From Phoronis australis (lineage: Eukaryota > Animalia > Phoronida), in the NCBI GenBank assembly GCA_002633005.1, contig NMRA01000420.1, positions 124,001-188,000 on the forward strand: a DNA stretch of 64,000 nucleotides, written 5' to 3'. The position numbers and the translations under genes are program-made. This document shows, one piece after another, positions 1 to 11,364 of this stretch. The notes beneath the pieces are model-generated. The model was given only the letters and a program-made list of their open reading frames with translations, ran no database searches and was not told where the DNA came from. Position 1 is the stretch's first letter. Every line of letters starts with the position of its first letter.

Positions 1-540
1 CCGAATTTTGAGGACAAAATACTTAATTCGGTTTTTATTTTTTTTGGTCAGGTAACCAGGACGAAATACAATTTTAAATATTCTCCTTTCCAGTTTCACA
101 TCCCAAATCACGTACACGTGCTTTGCAATGTTCATGGGATATTTGTAAAGTAAATTGATGTGTATCATTTGGCTACAAAGGCACGTTACACTTCGCAAGT
201 TCAGTTATTAGAACATTGAGACATGTCACGTGATCATTTTGAATGAACACCAGAGGAGTCTATTTCCAAACAATTTCAGCAGAGCTGAATTCAGCCATTT
301 GCAGCGATGTAATGTGGGAACTTGAATACGGCTAAATTAAACACTGCGTCCAACTTTTGTATTACGTCATTGTCACTGACTTTTTATCTCCTCAAACATA
401 AACATAAACATCATAATCGTTTACAAGAATTAAATAGAAATTAAACAAAGTCAAGTACCACACATGACTTTTTGGCCACTTTCGAGTTTGCCGTCAGGTG
501 GCACCGGTGGCTAATCAGCCTGACCACTGAGCCATACCAT

Positions 541-683
541 TCTCCCGTAAAGTAACGCTAGAACCTCGCTGAAAAGCAAGACTTCGCGAGATTACGTGAG
601 ATATTGCAGTGTATTTTGAATGAGATCACGTGACTTTGGATAGATTTTAGCTAGATCCTAGCGTTTACTGAACGCACGCCTGG
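541..683 (+). mobile_element. MITE family A copy
   Basis: Collinear with 35206-35360. Confidence 0.75.
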
Positions 684-1440
684 AAAAGCTCATTGGCCTA
701 AGTTCAGTGTGACTTTGGTCATGGAACTCTCGGTCTCAATGCAACAATTGTGGATGACAGAGGAGATCATCAGCCAAAGCTCAAATATTGCGAGCTTTGT
801 ACTTTCAGAAAATATATACTATTTCTGTGTTCAAATTCTTGCTAAATAACGTTATAACACGAGAGCTTAAAAATCTACTTTTTACAGAAAAGATGCACCT
901 TAGAATACGAAGTTTTTCGAATATAAAATGCTTGAAACTATACCTAGCCACACAAGAAAAATGAAATTACCCCCTTGATGGAAAATCTAGAAATACAAAG
1001 ACCAAATAACAAGTATCTTGCATTCGTACCTCACGATGGTATAGAATCGAATGCCAAACGTATCCGAACGATTATCGAATCATATCCAAGAATCATTCGC
1101 CATAAATATTGATTGAATGGTTCAACGGTTGGACGTTGCTTATTCGTCTGTATGGGCTTATTTTTGAGGTGGTCTGAATAAATATTTTTCTCGCGTGTAT
1201 GATGCTGCGATTCGTATGTATCTATGTGTTTTTTATCATTCATTGGTTTTCGTGCCGTCGATTCAGTGGTTCATGGGCTTCTTCGTACAATTGTCAACTT
1301 ATGTTGCAATAAAATAGGATGGTTTATAGTTCACGTAGGTCCTTATTAGAAAAGCAAGAAGAGAAATGTTTCCCTATGAGTCAACGGATGAGACATTCAT
1401 TAAATGACTTCGTCCCCAAATGAACGGTCCTCATGGGGGA

Positions 1441-4400
1441 GGCAGCATGAACAACGATTTTCAGTCCGACAGAGGTCCCTCGGGTATTAATTATATCCGC
1501 GTGACTGCACTTGGTGCATGTATCGTCTCCTCTTGATTATTTCAAAACAACTTAGGAACCAATATGAGTTAAGCTCAAACGAGATTGATAGATTTTGTGT
1601 TACCAATCACCCGATACCCATGTGATTGACATGTGCATTGTCCACAGGGTAACAGCCACTCATTACCTGCCCGCATTTTCAGAACCCGTATTCTACGCTG
1701 AATAACTTTCTCAAATTCCGAGACCTTTTTAAGAGCACAAAATAAAACATGAAAAGTGCTAAAATGATAATTAAAATCAGTGAATAAATCATTCAAACTA
1801 CTATGTTAAATGTTAAAGGTTAAATTCAATGATTCTACGTCGACAAAGAAAAGATGCAACTATTTTTGTTGCATGTTAATGTAAAATATTCAATAAAACG
1901 AACTTTGTTGAATAATTTTAAAGCTTTACTCATAATGAATTCCAATGTACAACACATACCTCCACACATAGTACATTATCAATGCTTCGGGTACGAAAGT
2001 GACTTTGGGTACACTAAATTCACTTCGCCGGTTCGGCTGAATCAACCGGCTAAGACACCTGCCTGGTTTTCCGTGACGACTACCGGCTCACAGAATAATC
2101 AGGCGTACGTTCCGTAGACGCGAAAACGCAAAATCACACCAGACTTCACGAGATTTCGCCATGCATTACCAGAAATGCTAGTGATCACACTAGCTAACCT
2201 TCCTGCGCGAGTTTCTTGCGTCTATGGAACTCAACCCAGATTGCCGCGTGAGTTGCTGATAATTTCAACGTTTTTGGTGGTAACGAAGACTCCATATTAC
2301 GAGATCGATTTTAAGAGAGTATGAGTTTTAGCAGGCTTATATTAGACCTAGGCTGGGCGAAATGATGGCCAGTCGCTAACCTTTTCGTCACGTGACATGC
2401 TGGTGAATTGATTCAGGAGTTACTGTCATCACTGCTGAAACTGTATTGCATTCTGTATATGACAAATGTACCTGTTCGTGTTCAAGGATCAGGACAATAT
2501 GTTCCGGACACGGTTTGAGCTCCTGTTCATTTACTATGTTATTAGGTGACATCTATCGTCAGTTCATAACACTATACTGCCAAAATGATGAATGCAGAAA
2601 CAAAACCGTTGGGAATGACGAAAAGAGACACAACTCCGTCTTGATATCTTCACCAGAAGATGAAAAATTCGGGCATAAGAATTTTGAAAGTATTTAGATA
2701 CGCAGAAAATGTCCAGGGTTCCGGAAATTTGATGAAAGCATCGTGACACTCAAAAGAATTCTGGCAACTCAGGGGAGAAAATGTCTCGTCTCGTATTTGC
2801 AGTTAATAGAAATACGATCAAATTAAAGATATGTCTATAAATCCGTTCATCTGCACTAAGTCTATTATTATATTATGGTGGTCATGGAAAAGTAATACCG
2901 GGATTTTCCGTAGATGAACCCATCCGAATAAACGCCCATGGGCGTTTGTTTGGTACCAAGTGTCCAGATAGTGGGGCGTTTATTCAGAAAATTTCCTCTT
3001 AAAATCCCACTCAGCGTCAACTTTTAGCTTCGAATTCAGTTATGTGGAGCATTTATCAATTATAAAAGCGTACAGTGTTAACGAACTATGTATTTATTAA
3101 CCTAAAATAAAAAAAAAACAGAATTCTATGCAAAAATCGATGCTTTTTCCATATCAGCCGGGGCTATGACTTTCCGTTTATACGCTATTCCTTTCTGAAT
3201 AAACACCCGGGTGTTTATTTGATATAACTGAAATGCCTGAAAATAGGCTTAAGTTGTCTATGGGAAATCTCCGTAGTTGTCAGCAGGTGTTATTCAACAA
3301 TAGATGGCAGCACCAATCTGCTACGACGCAAGTCACCAAGCGGGGAACCTCGCTAAAAAGCATGGTAGAAAGTTCAGTAGCTGTTTGGTGCGACTAAAAA
3401 AATTAGCCAAATCACGACAACGTCTCACGAAATCTCGCGAAGTCTTACTTTTTAGCGAGGTCCTAGAGTAGTTCCTTTCGTTACTAAACTCTAGGCTACC
3501 CGTGTCTTAAGCGAGCGGGCCAAACAACATGTTGTGGAAGTGCATGGACGACTTTTCGCTCTAAGACTGCTCATGCAGTTTACTAGAAAGGGAAGCGAAA
3601 GTATTTAAACCCAGTTATCCAAAACGGAAATTGTTGCTTGACAATTCTCATTTCTTACAGAAAATGCACATCGTATTTTCGAAAAAAAAANGGCAGCATG
3701 AACAACGATTTTCAGTCCGACAGAGGTCCCTCGGGTATCAATTATATCCGCGTGACTGCACTTGGTGCATGAATCGTCTCCTCTTGATTATTTCAAAACA
3801 ACTTAGGAACCAATATGAGTTAAGCTCAAACGAGATTGATAGATTTTGTGTTACCAATCACCCGATACCCATGTGATTGACATGTGCATTGTCCACAAGG
3901 TAACAGAAACTCACTCCCTGCCCGCATTTTCAGAGCCCGTATTCTACGCTGAACAACTTTCTCAAATTCCGAGTCCTTTTTAATAGCACAAAATAAAACA
4001 TGAAAAGTACTAAAACGATAATTAAAATCTGTGAATAAATCATTCAAACTACTATGTTAAATGTTAAAGGTTAAATTCAATGATTCTACGTCGACACTGA
4101 AAGGATGCAAATATTTTTGTTGCAGGTTAATGTAAAATATTCAATAGAACGAACTTTGTCGAATAATTTTAAAGCTTTACTCATAATGAATTCAAATGTA
4201 CAACACATACCTCCACACAAAGTACATTATCAATGCTTCGGCTACGAAAGTGACTTTGGGTACACTAAATTCACTTCGCCGGTTCCGCTGAGTCAACCGG
4301 CTAAGACACCTGCCTGGTTTTCCGTGACGACTACCGGCTTACAGTCCAATCAGGCGTATGTTCCGTAGACGCGAAAACGCAAAATCACGCCAGACTTCAT

Positions 4401-6515
4401 AAGATTTCGCTATGCATTACCAGAAAAGCTAATGATCACACTAGCTAACCTTCCTGCGCGAGCTTCTTGCGTCTATGGAACTCAACCCAGATTGCCGCGT
4501 GAACCGACGGTACCGGCGAAATCAGTCACGTGCGGACGTTCTCGTAGTTTCCGGGACTCGTATTGAGTACTTACTGCAGCGATCTGAATCAATATTAATT
4601 TTCTGTCCCACTGATAAAATACTCTAAACTTGTGGTGCAACATGCTCGTTTCTGTGTTTTTTAAGCTGAATTTCGCCGCTGTTCAACTGTCAATGTTGAA
4701 TTTATAACTGGAGCGCTTTGGAGTTTAGAAACAGTGTCACGTTTATCCGAACTTGAATTGCTGCCGAATGAGCCTGCACTCAAGTCACAGGCCATGTGTA
4801 CACGCACTACCTTCGAACGAGCCTGCACTCAAGTCACAGGCCATGTGCACACGCACTACCTTCGAATGAGCCTGCACTCAAGTCACAAGCCATGCGCAAA
4901 CGCACTACTTTCGAATGAGCCTGTACTCAAGTCACAGGCCATGCGCACACGCACTACCTTCGAATGAGCGTGCACTCAAGTCACAGGCCATGCGCACACG
5001 CACTACCTTCGAATTCGCAATTTTGCGTTGACCAACCCCAATAAAATGTGAAATTTTCTTGAGTTGCTGATAATTTCGACGTTTTTGGTGGTAACGAAGA
5101 CTCCTGGAATATTACGAGATCGAATTTAAGAGAGTACGAGTTTTAGCAGGCTTATATTGGACCTAGGCTGGGCGAAATGATGGCCAGTCGCTAACCTTTT
5201 CGTCACGTGACATGCTGCGTGAATTGATTCAGGAGTTATCAGACTGTCATCACTGCTGAAACTGTATTGCATTCTGTATATATATATATGACAAATGTAC
5301 CTGTTCGTGTTCAACGATCAGGACAATATGTTCCGGACATGGTTTGAGCTACTGTTCATTTATTATGTTATTAGGTGACATCTATCGTCAGTTCATAACA
5401 CTAAAAGATGAATGCAGAGACAAAACCGTTGGGAATGACGAAAAGAGACACGACTCCGTCTTGATATCTTCACCAGAAGATGAAAAATTCAGGCATAAGA
5501 ATTTTGAAAGTATTTAGATACGCAGAAAATGTCCAAGGTTCCGGAACTTTGATGAAAGCATCTGACACTCAAAAGAATTCTGGCAACTCAGGGGAGAACA
5601 TGTCTTGTCTCGTATTTGCAGTGAATAGAAATACGATCAAATTAAAGATATGTCTATGAATCCGTTCATCTGCACTGAGTCTATTATTATATTATGGTGG
5701 TCATGGAAAAGTGATACCGGGATTTTCCGTAGATGAACCCATCCGAATAAACGCCCATGGGCGTTTGTTTGGTACCAAGTGTCCAGATAGTGGGGCGTTT
5801 ATTCAGAAAATTTTCTCTTAAAATCCCACTCAGCGTCAACTTTTAGCTTCAAATTCAGTTATGTGGAGCATTTATCAATTATAAAAGCGTACAGTGTTAA
5901 CGAACTATGTATTTATTAACCTAAAATAAAAAAAAAAAACAGAATTCTATGCAAAAATCGATGCTTTTTCCATATCAGCCGGGGCTATGACTTTCTGTTT
6001 ATACGCTATTCCTTTCTGAATAAACACCCGGGTGTTTATTTGATATAACTGAAATGCCTGAAAATAGGCTTACTGAAGTTGTCTATGGGAAATCTCGGTA
6101 GTTGTCAGCAGGTGTTATTCAACAATAGATGGCAGCACCAATCTGCTACGACGCAAGTCACCAAGCGGGGAACCTCGCTAAAAAGCATGGTAGAAAGTTC
6201 AGTAGCTGTTTGGTGCGACTAAAAAAATTAGCCAAATCACGACAACGTCTCACGAAATCTCGCGAAGTCTTACTTTTTAGCGAGGTCCTAGAGTAGTTCC
6301 TTTCGTTACTAAACTCTAGGCTACCCGTGTCTTAAGCGAGCGGGCCAAACAACATGTTGTGGAAGTGCATGGACGACTTTTCGCTCTAAGACTGCTCATG
6401 CAGTTTACTAGAAAGGGAAGCGAAAGTATTTAAACCCAGTTATCCAAAACGGAAATTGTTGCTTGACAATTCTCATTTCTTACAGAAAATGCACATCGTA
6501 TTTTCGAAAAAAAAA
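1441..6515. repeat. Near-identical tandem duplication (copy A 1441-3690, copy B 3692-6515), probably uncollapsed haplotypes
   Basis: Both copies start GGCAGCATGAACAACG and end TCGTATTTTCGAAAAAAAAA, joined at a single n (3691); copy B has an extra ~560 bp. Confidence 0.9.
4766..5014 (+). repeat. 49-bp minisatellite, 5 copies
   Basis: Unit GAATGAGCCTGCACTCAAGTCACAGGCCATGYGCACACGCACTACCTTC starts at 4766, 4815, 4864, 4913 and 4962. Confidence 0.95.
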
Positions 6516-7078
6516 CAGAACCGAAGACAGAGTTACCACCTAATTTTTTTGACGGCAAACATCAGAAAGTACACCGTTGTCTATGCTAGCGATTATTAAA
6601 TTGATTGTTCGAGTTTTTGTATTTTGACATGAAAGCAATGAATATCGTTTATTTCAAAAGAGGCTTCGTTTCTCAAGGTCGATAGTATTTGCATAGCGAT
6701 AAACCAAACCACACCGAGTACATCATAGCATCGAATAGCAATAGGCTTTGCCAGTCAAAACTAGTATTTTTGTTTGCAGAAACTAGGTCAAACAAAGCCA
6801 GTTAAGGAAAAAGCAAACACGCGTACTATGGCAGAGCACAAGGATTGTGTTGAGGGTTTATTGAAACACCAGTTCGTCGATATAGCCGAGGTAGGTGTGC
6901 TAGTGCTGTACACGAAATGCGGTAAATATGTTGATAACGAAGTCTCAAGTGAATATATAGGCCTTGATGTGTAAGGAGTCTGAGGTTTGCACATGGTCGT
7001 CACGGAAATGACGAACGAAGGCGTGTGGAAATGAACCCTATGTGACCGTTCCCTCTATTGGCAGCTTTTATCCGAATC

Positions 7079-8491
7079 ATGCTTAGAAAGACCAGCAGTT
7101 GCAAGAAACTCACCGGCGGTCGGCATCAAACTATTCTTCTTCTCATTGTCTTATTTCTTATCGTTATCGCCACAGAAGTTGTGTGGTTTGAACAGCACCT
7201 GAGTTACACCGTAGAACACTCTCCCGTGCGCTCCGCAATTTGGCATAACAGACTGAAGACAGGCTGGACCAACAGAGCACCACTGGAGAACCAAACTGTA
7301 TATCCGCGTCCTTACCATCTTGGGTGTTGGTTACAGACTGAGAAACACGGACGTTTTCCGGGGACGAGCATGATCAAGCCAGCGACGACTGTCAACGATT
7401 GCATTCAGCACTGCAGGAGAGGTAACCACACGTACGCGGGAATAAAAAATGGCGTTGAATGTTGGTGTAACTCAACCATTGGAGACTATATTCCGTCACA
7501 CGCCTGCACAGAATCGTGCCCTGGCGACAGAAGGTATATGTGTGGCGGGAAGACGAGTATGAATGTGTACGTCGTAAACGAGGTTCAAACCAAATATGAA
7601 TTCAGTGGGGAACCCCGTAAGCTTTTGATCGTTGCTTACATGAGGACTGGCTCAACATTTGTATCTGAATTGTTCAACCAGCATCCAGATTCCTTTTACA
7701 TTTTCGAGCCATTTTTTAGGATTGGCTACCCCCATCCGAGTATTATTCAACACCTGTTTACTTGCCAATTTGAGAGAGTCCCCTCAGACATACTGTACCG
7801 GCAATTCGGTTACTGGCACGGTCACATGCAATACACATTCGGCCATTTTTTCACCTGCATGTATAAGGTGGGCGTTGGTGGATTTCATAGGTGCATTGCT
7901 CTTTTAAAAATAGTTTGTCAACAGGCGTCACTGCGCGTCGTTAAAGAGATCGAAATAAACATGTCCAGTGTCGTACTGATGAAAGAACTGCTTCCAGACT
8001 TAAAAGTTATACATTTGGTACGTGATCCCAGAGCCGTTACGTTCTCGAGAATTCGTGTACAAGAGAGAAACACACCTAAACACGCTTCCAAATTTTGCCA
8101 AGACGTAGCTTCTGACTTGAAAATGGCAAAGAAACTCCCGCCACACGACTTGTACTCACTAAAGTACGAGGTGTTGGCTGAACATCCGTTTAACGTCGCT
8201 CGAGTTCTGTACAAGTTCATTGAACTGTCGGTGACCCCGGAAGTGTTCAGTTGGATGGAGCGCGCCACGGGCATCAAGAACGCTTGTGTGAAAATCGTCT
8301 GCAAATTGGCTTACTCAACCATTAGAAACAATTCCGCAGAAACTGCCTACAAATGGAAAGCGTCTATACCCTTTAAAGTCGTAAGATTTGTTGATTCTGA
8401 GTGTTCACAGATGTATGCCAGGCTGGGCTATTTGCCGATTCAAAATGAAAATGATTTACGCAATCCAAAATTGAGACATCGTACCTGGTAG
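7079..8491 (+). CDS. WSC-domain-containing carbohydrate sulfotransferase (Gal/GlcNAc-6-O-sulfotransferase, CHST1/3/4/5/6-like), type II membrane protein, 470 aa
   Basis: Uninterrupted ORF, first ATG at 7079. N-terminal TM segment (ILLLIVLFLIVIA), WSC cysteine pattern (LGCW...CIQHC...YAGIKNGVECWC...CTESCPGD...CGG...VY), 5'-PSB motif LIVAYMRTGSTFVSELFNQHPDSFYIFEP and 3'-PB motif KVIHLVRDPRAVTFSR. Possible 5'UTR intron 6891-7064. Confidence 0.93.
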   Translation: MLRKTSSCKKLTGGRHQTILLLIVLFLIVIATEVVWFEQHLSYTVEHSPVRSAIWHNRLKTGWTNRAPLENQTVYPRPYHLGCWLQTEKHGRFPGTSMIKPATTVNDCIQHCRRGNHTYAGIKNGVECWCNSTIGDYIPSHACTESCPGDRRYMCGGKTSMNVYVVNEVQTKYEFSGEPRKLLIVAYMRTGSTFVSELFNQHPDSFYIFEPFFRIGYPHPSIIQHLFTCQFERVPSDILYRQFGYWHGHMQYTFGHFFTCMYKVGVGGFHRCIALLKIVCQQASLRVVKEIEINMSSVVLMKELLPDLKVIHLVRDPRAVTFSRIRVQERNTPKHASKFCQDVASDLKMAKKLPPHDLYSLKYEVLAEHPFNVARVLYKFIELSVTPEVFSWMERATGIKNACVKIVCKLAYSTIRNNSAETAYKWKASIPFKVVRFVDSECSQMYARLGYLPIQNENDLRNPKLRHRTW

Positions 8492-9228
8492 ATACGCATG
8501 ACTTAATTCCAAATTTTCAGCCATGCGCATGTGCAACGGCCGTAGACGGGGGAAACTGTAACTTACATTTTTATTTAAATACGGGTGTTTAACTTTTGAT
8601 CCATGTGCAAGTTGTAATACCAAGGTTGGTTCAGCCTCAAACACGGAAAAGTTTTCCGCTGCCAAAAGAGGATGAAAATTAAGAATTTTCAATGACTTTC
8701 ATTTCTTCAGTGTAGGCCTAATGAATGTTTTTGGGGAAAGTAGGTCATTGCCCTCCATTTTAAGATTCCTAAACAAAAATCTGCAAAACTACGAAATCGC
8801 CCGCGAACAGCAAGGGAAATTTCGATGTTTTAGTTGTGTTCGCTGCAAACGTGTCCGTTGTCTTTGACCCGAATGTGACGTCATATTGTGTGATACGTCG
8901 CTACACTTTCGCAGTGCTACGAAAGGTAGGACTGTGGAATATTGTTAAACATGGCTTCTCGTTGGTTAAAGTTATGAAACCTGCGTGATAACATTCAGTC
9001 ATTCTCATTGGTTGAAATCTGGGAAACCCCATTCAGTATACTCTTACGTAGAATGGCTACCACCTTTGACTTGAATAGTTACAATTTATTTGTCAATAAC
9101 ACGGCATCAAACGCTTACTGTTTACTTTTCATAAGTTTGTTGATTAGGTGCCAATTCATCTATTTTGACCTAGGAATACTTTGAGACAAAATTTATAACA
9201 GTAACTGGTCTAAATCAAATATTCTATT

Positions 9229-9305
9229 GGCTTATAGGCGGGGCTATATAGGCCTTTATCCACGTGCTGGCTTATAGGCAGGGCTATATAGGCCTATATC
9301 CACGT
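9229..9305 (+). repeat. 40-bp tandem duplication
   Basis: GGCTTATAGGCRGGGCTATATAGGCCTWTATCCACGT twice. Confidence 0.85.
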
Positions 9306-9667
9306 TGTGTCAAAGAATATAATTATTAACTTTTAATTTACCGGCACCATTCGCCGCTATAAGGATGGTTTTATCTTTTTCATAACCAGGACGAGAAGTG
9401 CTTTCTGGGCTTAGTGGAAAGAACTGACAGGTTCAGTTTCTTGAGACTATGCTCAGCGCCTAACCGGCCGCCATTATATGGCTACTTGATGACCCATGTC
9501 TAAAAGTAATACCAAAGAGACAACCACGAGGAACAGGCGGAGACCAATGTCTTAACGCTAAGTAGTGCGAATCCAAAGCCGTTCCTTGACGGAAAGCGGA
9601 TTTATAGTAGTTTTAAAGTTAGTTGCTGGCTGATTATGTTGACTTGGATAGTCATGCCGCTATATAT

Positions 9668-9808
9668 CATGGGCGGCGCACCATTGGGGGCTGGGGGCTA
9701 TAGCCCCACTTTTTTCAGTGCTGCGCCACCCATGGTCTATAGGCGGTGCACCACAGGGGGGATGGGGGGAGGTTAGCCCCCAATTTTTTCAGTGGTGCGC
9801 CGCCCAGG
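9668..9808. mobile_element. GC-rich MITE, CATGGGCGGCGC TIRs, 5-bp TSD
   Basis: TATAT on both sides; related inverted copy at 21080-21222. Confidence 0.75.
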
Positions 9809-11223
9809 TATATATACTCTTGAACTTGATAGGTTTCATAAACTCGTGTTAGGGATGTTCAGAATTGTCCGTGGTTTATCATGTGGTAAAGGTTATACTC
9901 TTTTGACTTCGAAGACATTGACTGTAATTTGCGTGTCAAGCATATCCTCATTGTATCCAAGGTCAAGAAAATATTGAGTCAATTCAATGTAAAGGCTGTA
10001 TCAGACCTAGTTAGAGAGTGAGGCGTTCCAAACGTCACGTGACTGTTGAGGAATGTCCACTCCTCAGTTTTTGTTTTTCTATTACGTATTTAATTTTTGT
10101 TTATTAATTTCATAGTCGGTGAAACTGTTTTGAAACCGACTTTAAATGATTATCATTATTGGTTGATTGATTGGACACTTTGCGAATAAGGCTGTTAAAA
10201 TTATCAATTTTGATTTGTCGTATGCTGTACATATAACAAATCACAATCTTTAATCTGGGTACAGAATATCCAAAGACATGAGTCGTAGCATATTCTAAAA
10301 ATAATCACAAATTCGATTTTTCAGGACACCGCGATTTTAATCGGATAACTAAAAAATCCTCGATTATTGTTAGAGAATGCAAGGATTCGCGACATGACAC
10401 CCTCGCCTCATTTATTAGATCACGTGACACAATTATCAGGCAGTTCTCAAGGCGTCCATGGAATAGGAATGTCGGTAAACGTCGGCTGCCGGTGCGCGTC
10501 ACGTGATATAACTAGCGCGCCGAAGAACTGTTGCTCCGTCTCATACATGCTACATGGAAATTTTGTTCTCTGTGCAAATTTTATCTTCATCTCATTGCGT
10601 TGATTTCGTTAAAAAGAAACAAATGATTCGATTGCCACCAATAAAATAAGTTAAGTTAATCTATTTCTTAAGTTTTAAGTTGTTTTTTGTCTGAGGAACA
10701 AATACGGCCTCATTTCCGAATTCTCCCTTGAATTGAACACAGAGACAGTAACGGTTTTATTAGCATCAAGCAAGTTTGGCGCAATCACACAAATCTCCGT
10801 GAGATACCGCCACGTATCACAAGCGGAGCACGTGACCGCACTAACTTTTGTTATTGGCTTACTTAGCCAAGAAAACACGTACAAGAACAAGATATTGGAC
10901 AAGGACAGTAAACGATGTAAACAAAAGGACAGTTTTGATAATACAGTAAAGACCTGATGAAGCTTGCTTGAATTGCAGTCCAATCTTTCACTCGGGAGTA
11001 ATTGTGAGTCCCTAATCACACTCGAGAAAATTACAATGTCTTCTAGTCAATTTTGAAAAGCACGAATTTCGATAAATATCCCACAATGCAACTGCTTCTG
11101 GCATTCGTAAGTATCAATCAACTATCCATCAGTCCACAGTTATAAACTTCAACTTATAAGAGAGAAAAGTTTCCTGACCATGTTTGTATACTACACAACG
11201 TAAGAAATATTGCACCCAATTAA

Positions 11224-11364
11224 TTAGATATCACAAAAACGTGCCAAATGCGTCTGTATGATTGTCGACCGACAGCCGTCGAGCACCCTTTGTATATTCC
11301 TAGTGTCCACTGCGCATGTGTAAAAAGGCACACAGAACTTGTGTTCGCTCCTCGACGCCAAACG
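11224..11364 (-). CDS. G-alpha exon 10 (…[33 protein letters not shown])
   Basis: 141 nt; TCAVDT motif; TAA at 11226-11224. Confidence 0.92.
   Translation of the reverse strand, partial: RLASRSEHKFCVPFYTCAVDTRNIQRVLDGCRSTIIQTHLARFCDI

Noticed and set aside
1575-4368. Paired similar ORFs (1575/3826, 1854/4105)
   Set aside because: Similarity reflects the near-identical duplication; they overlap MITE sequence and have no recognisable domain.
4766-5014. CRISPR-like array and ORF 4734-4967
   Set aside because: Units are contiguous with no unique spacers and there are no cas genes; the ORF is a by-product of the 49-bp period.
6774-6974. Upstream coding exon for the sulfotransferase
   Set aside because: Joining the 6890 donor to the 7065 acceptor is out of frame with the main ORF; at most a UTR exon or uORF.
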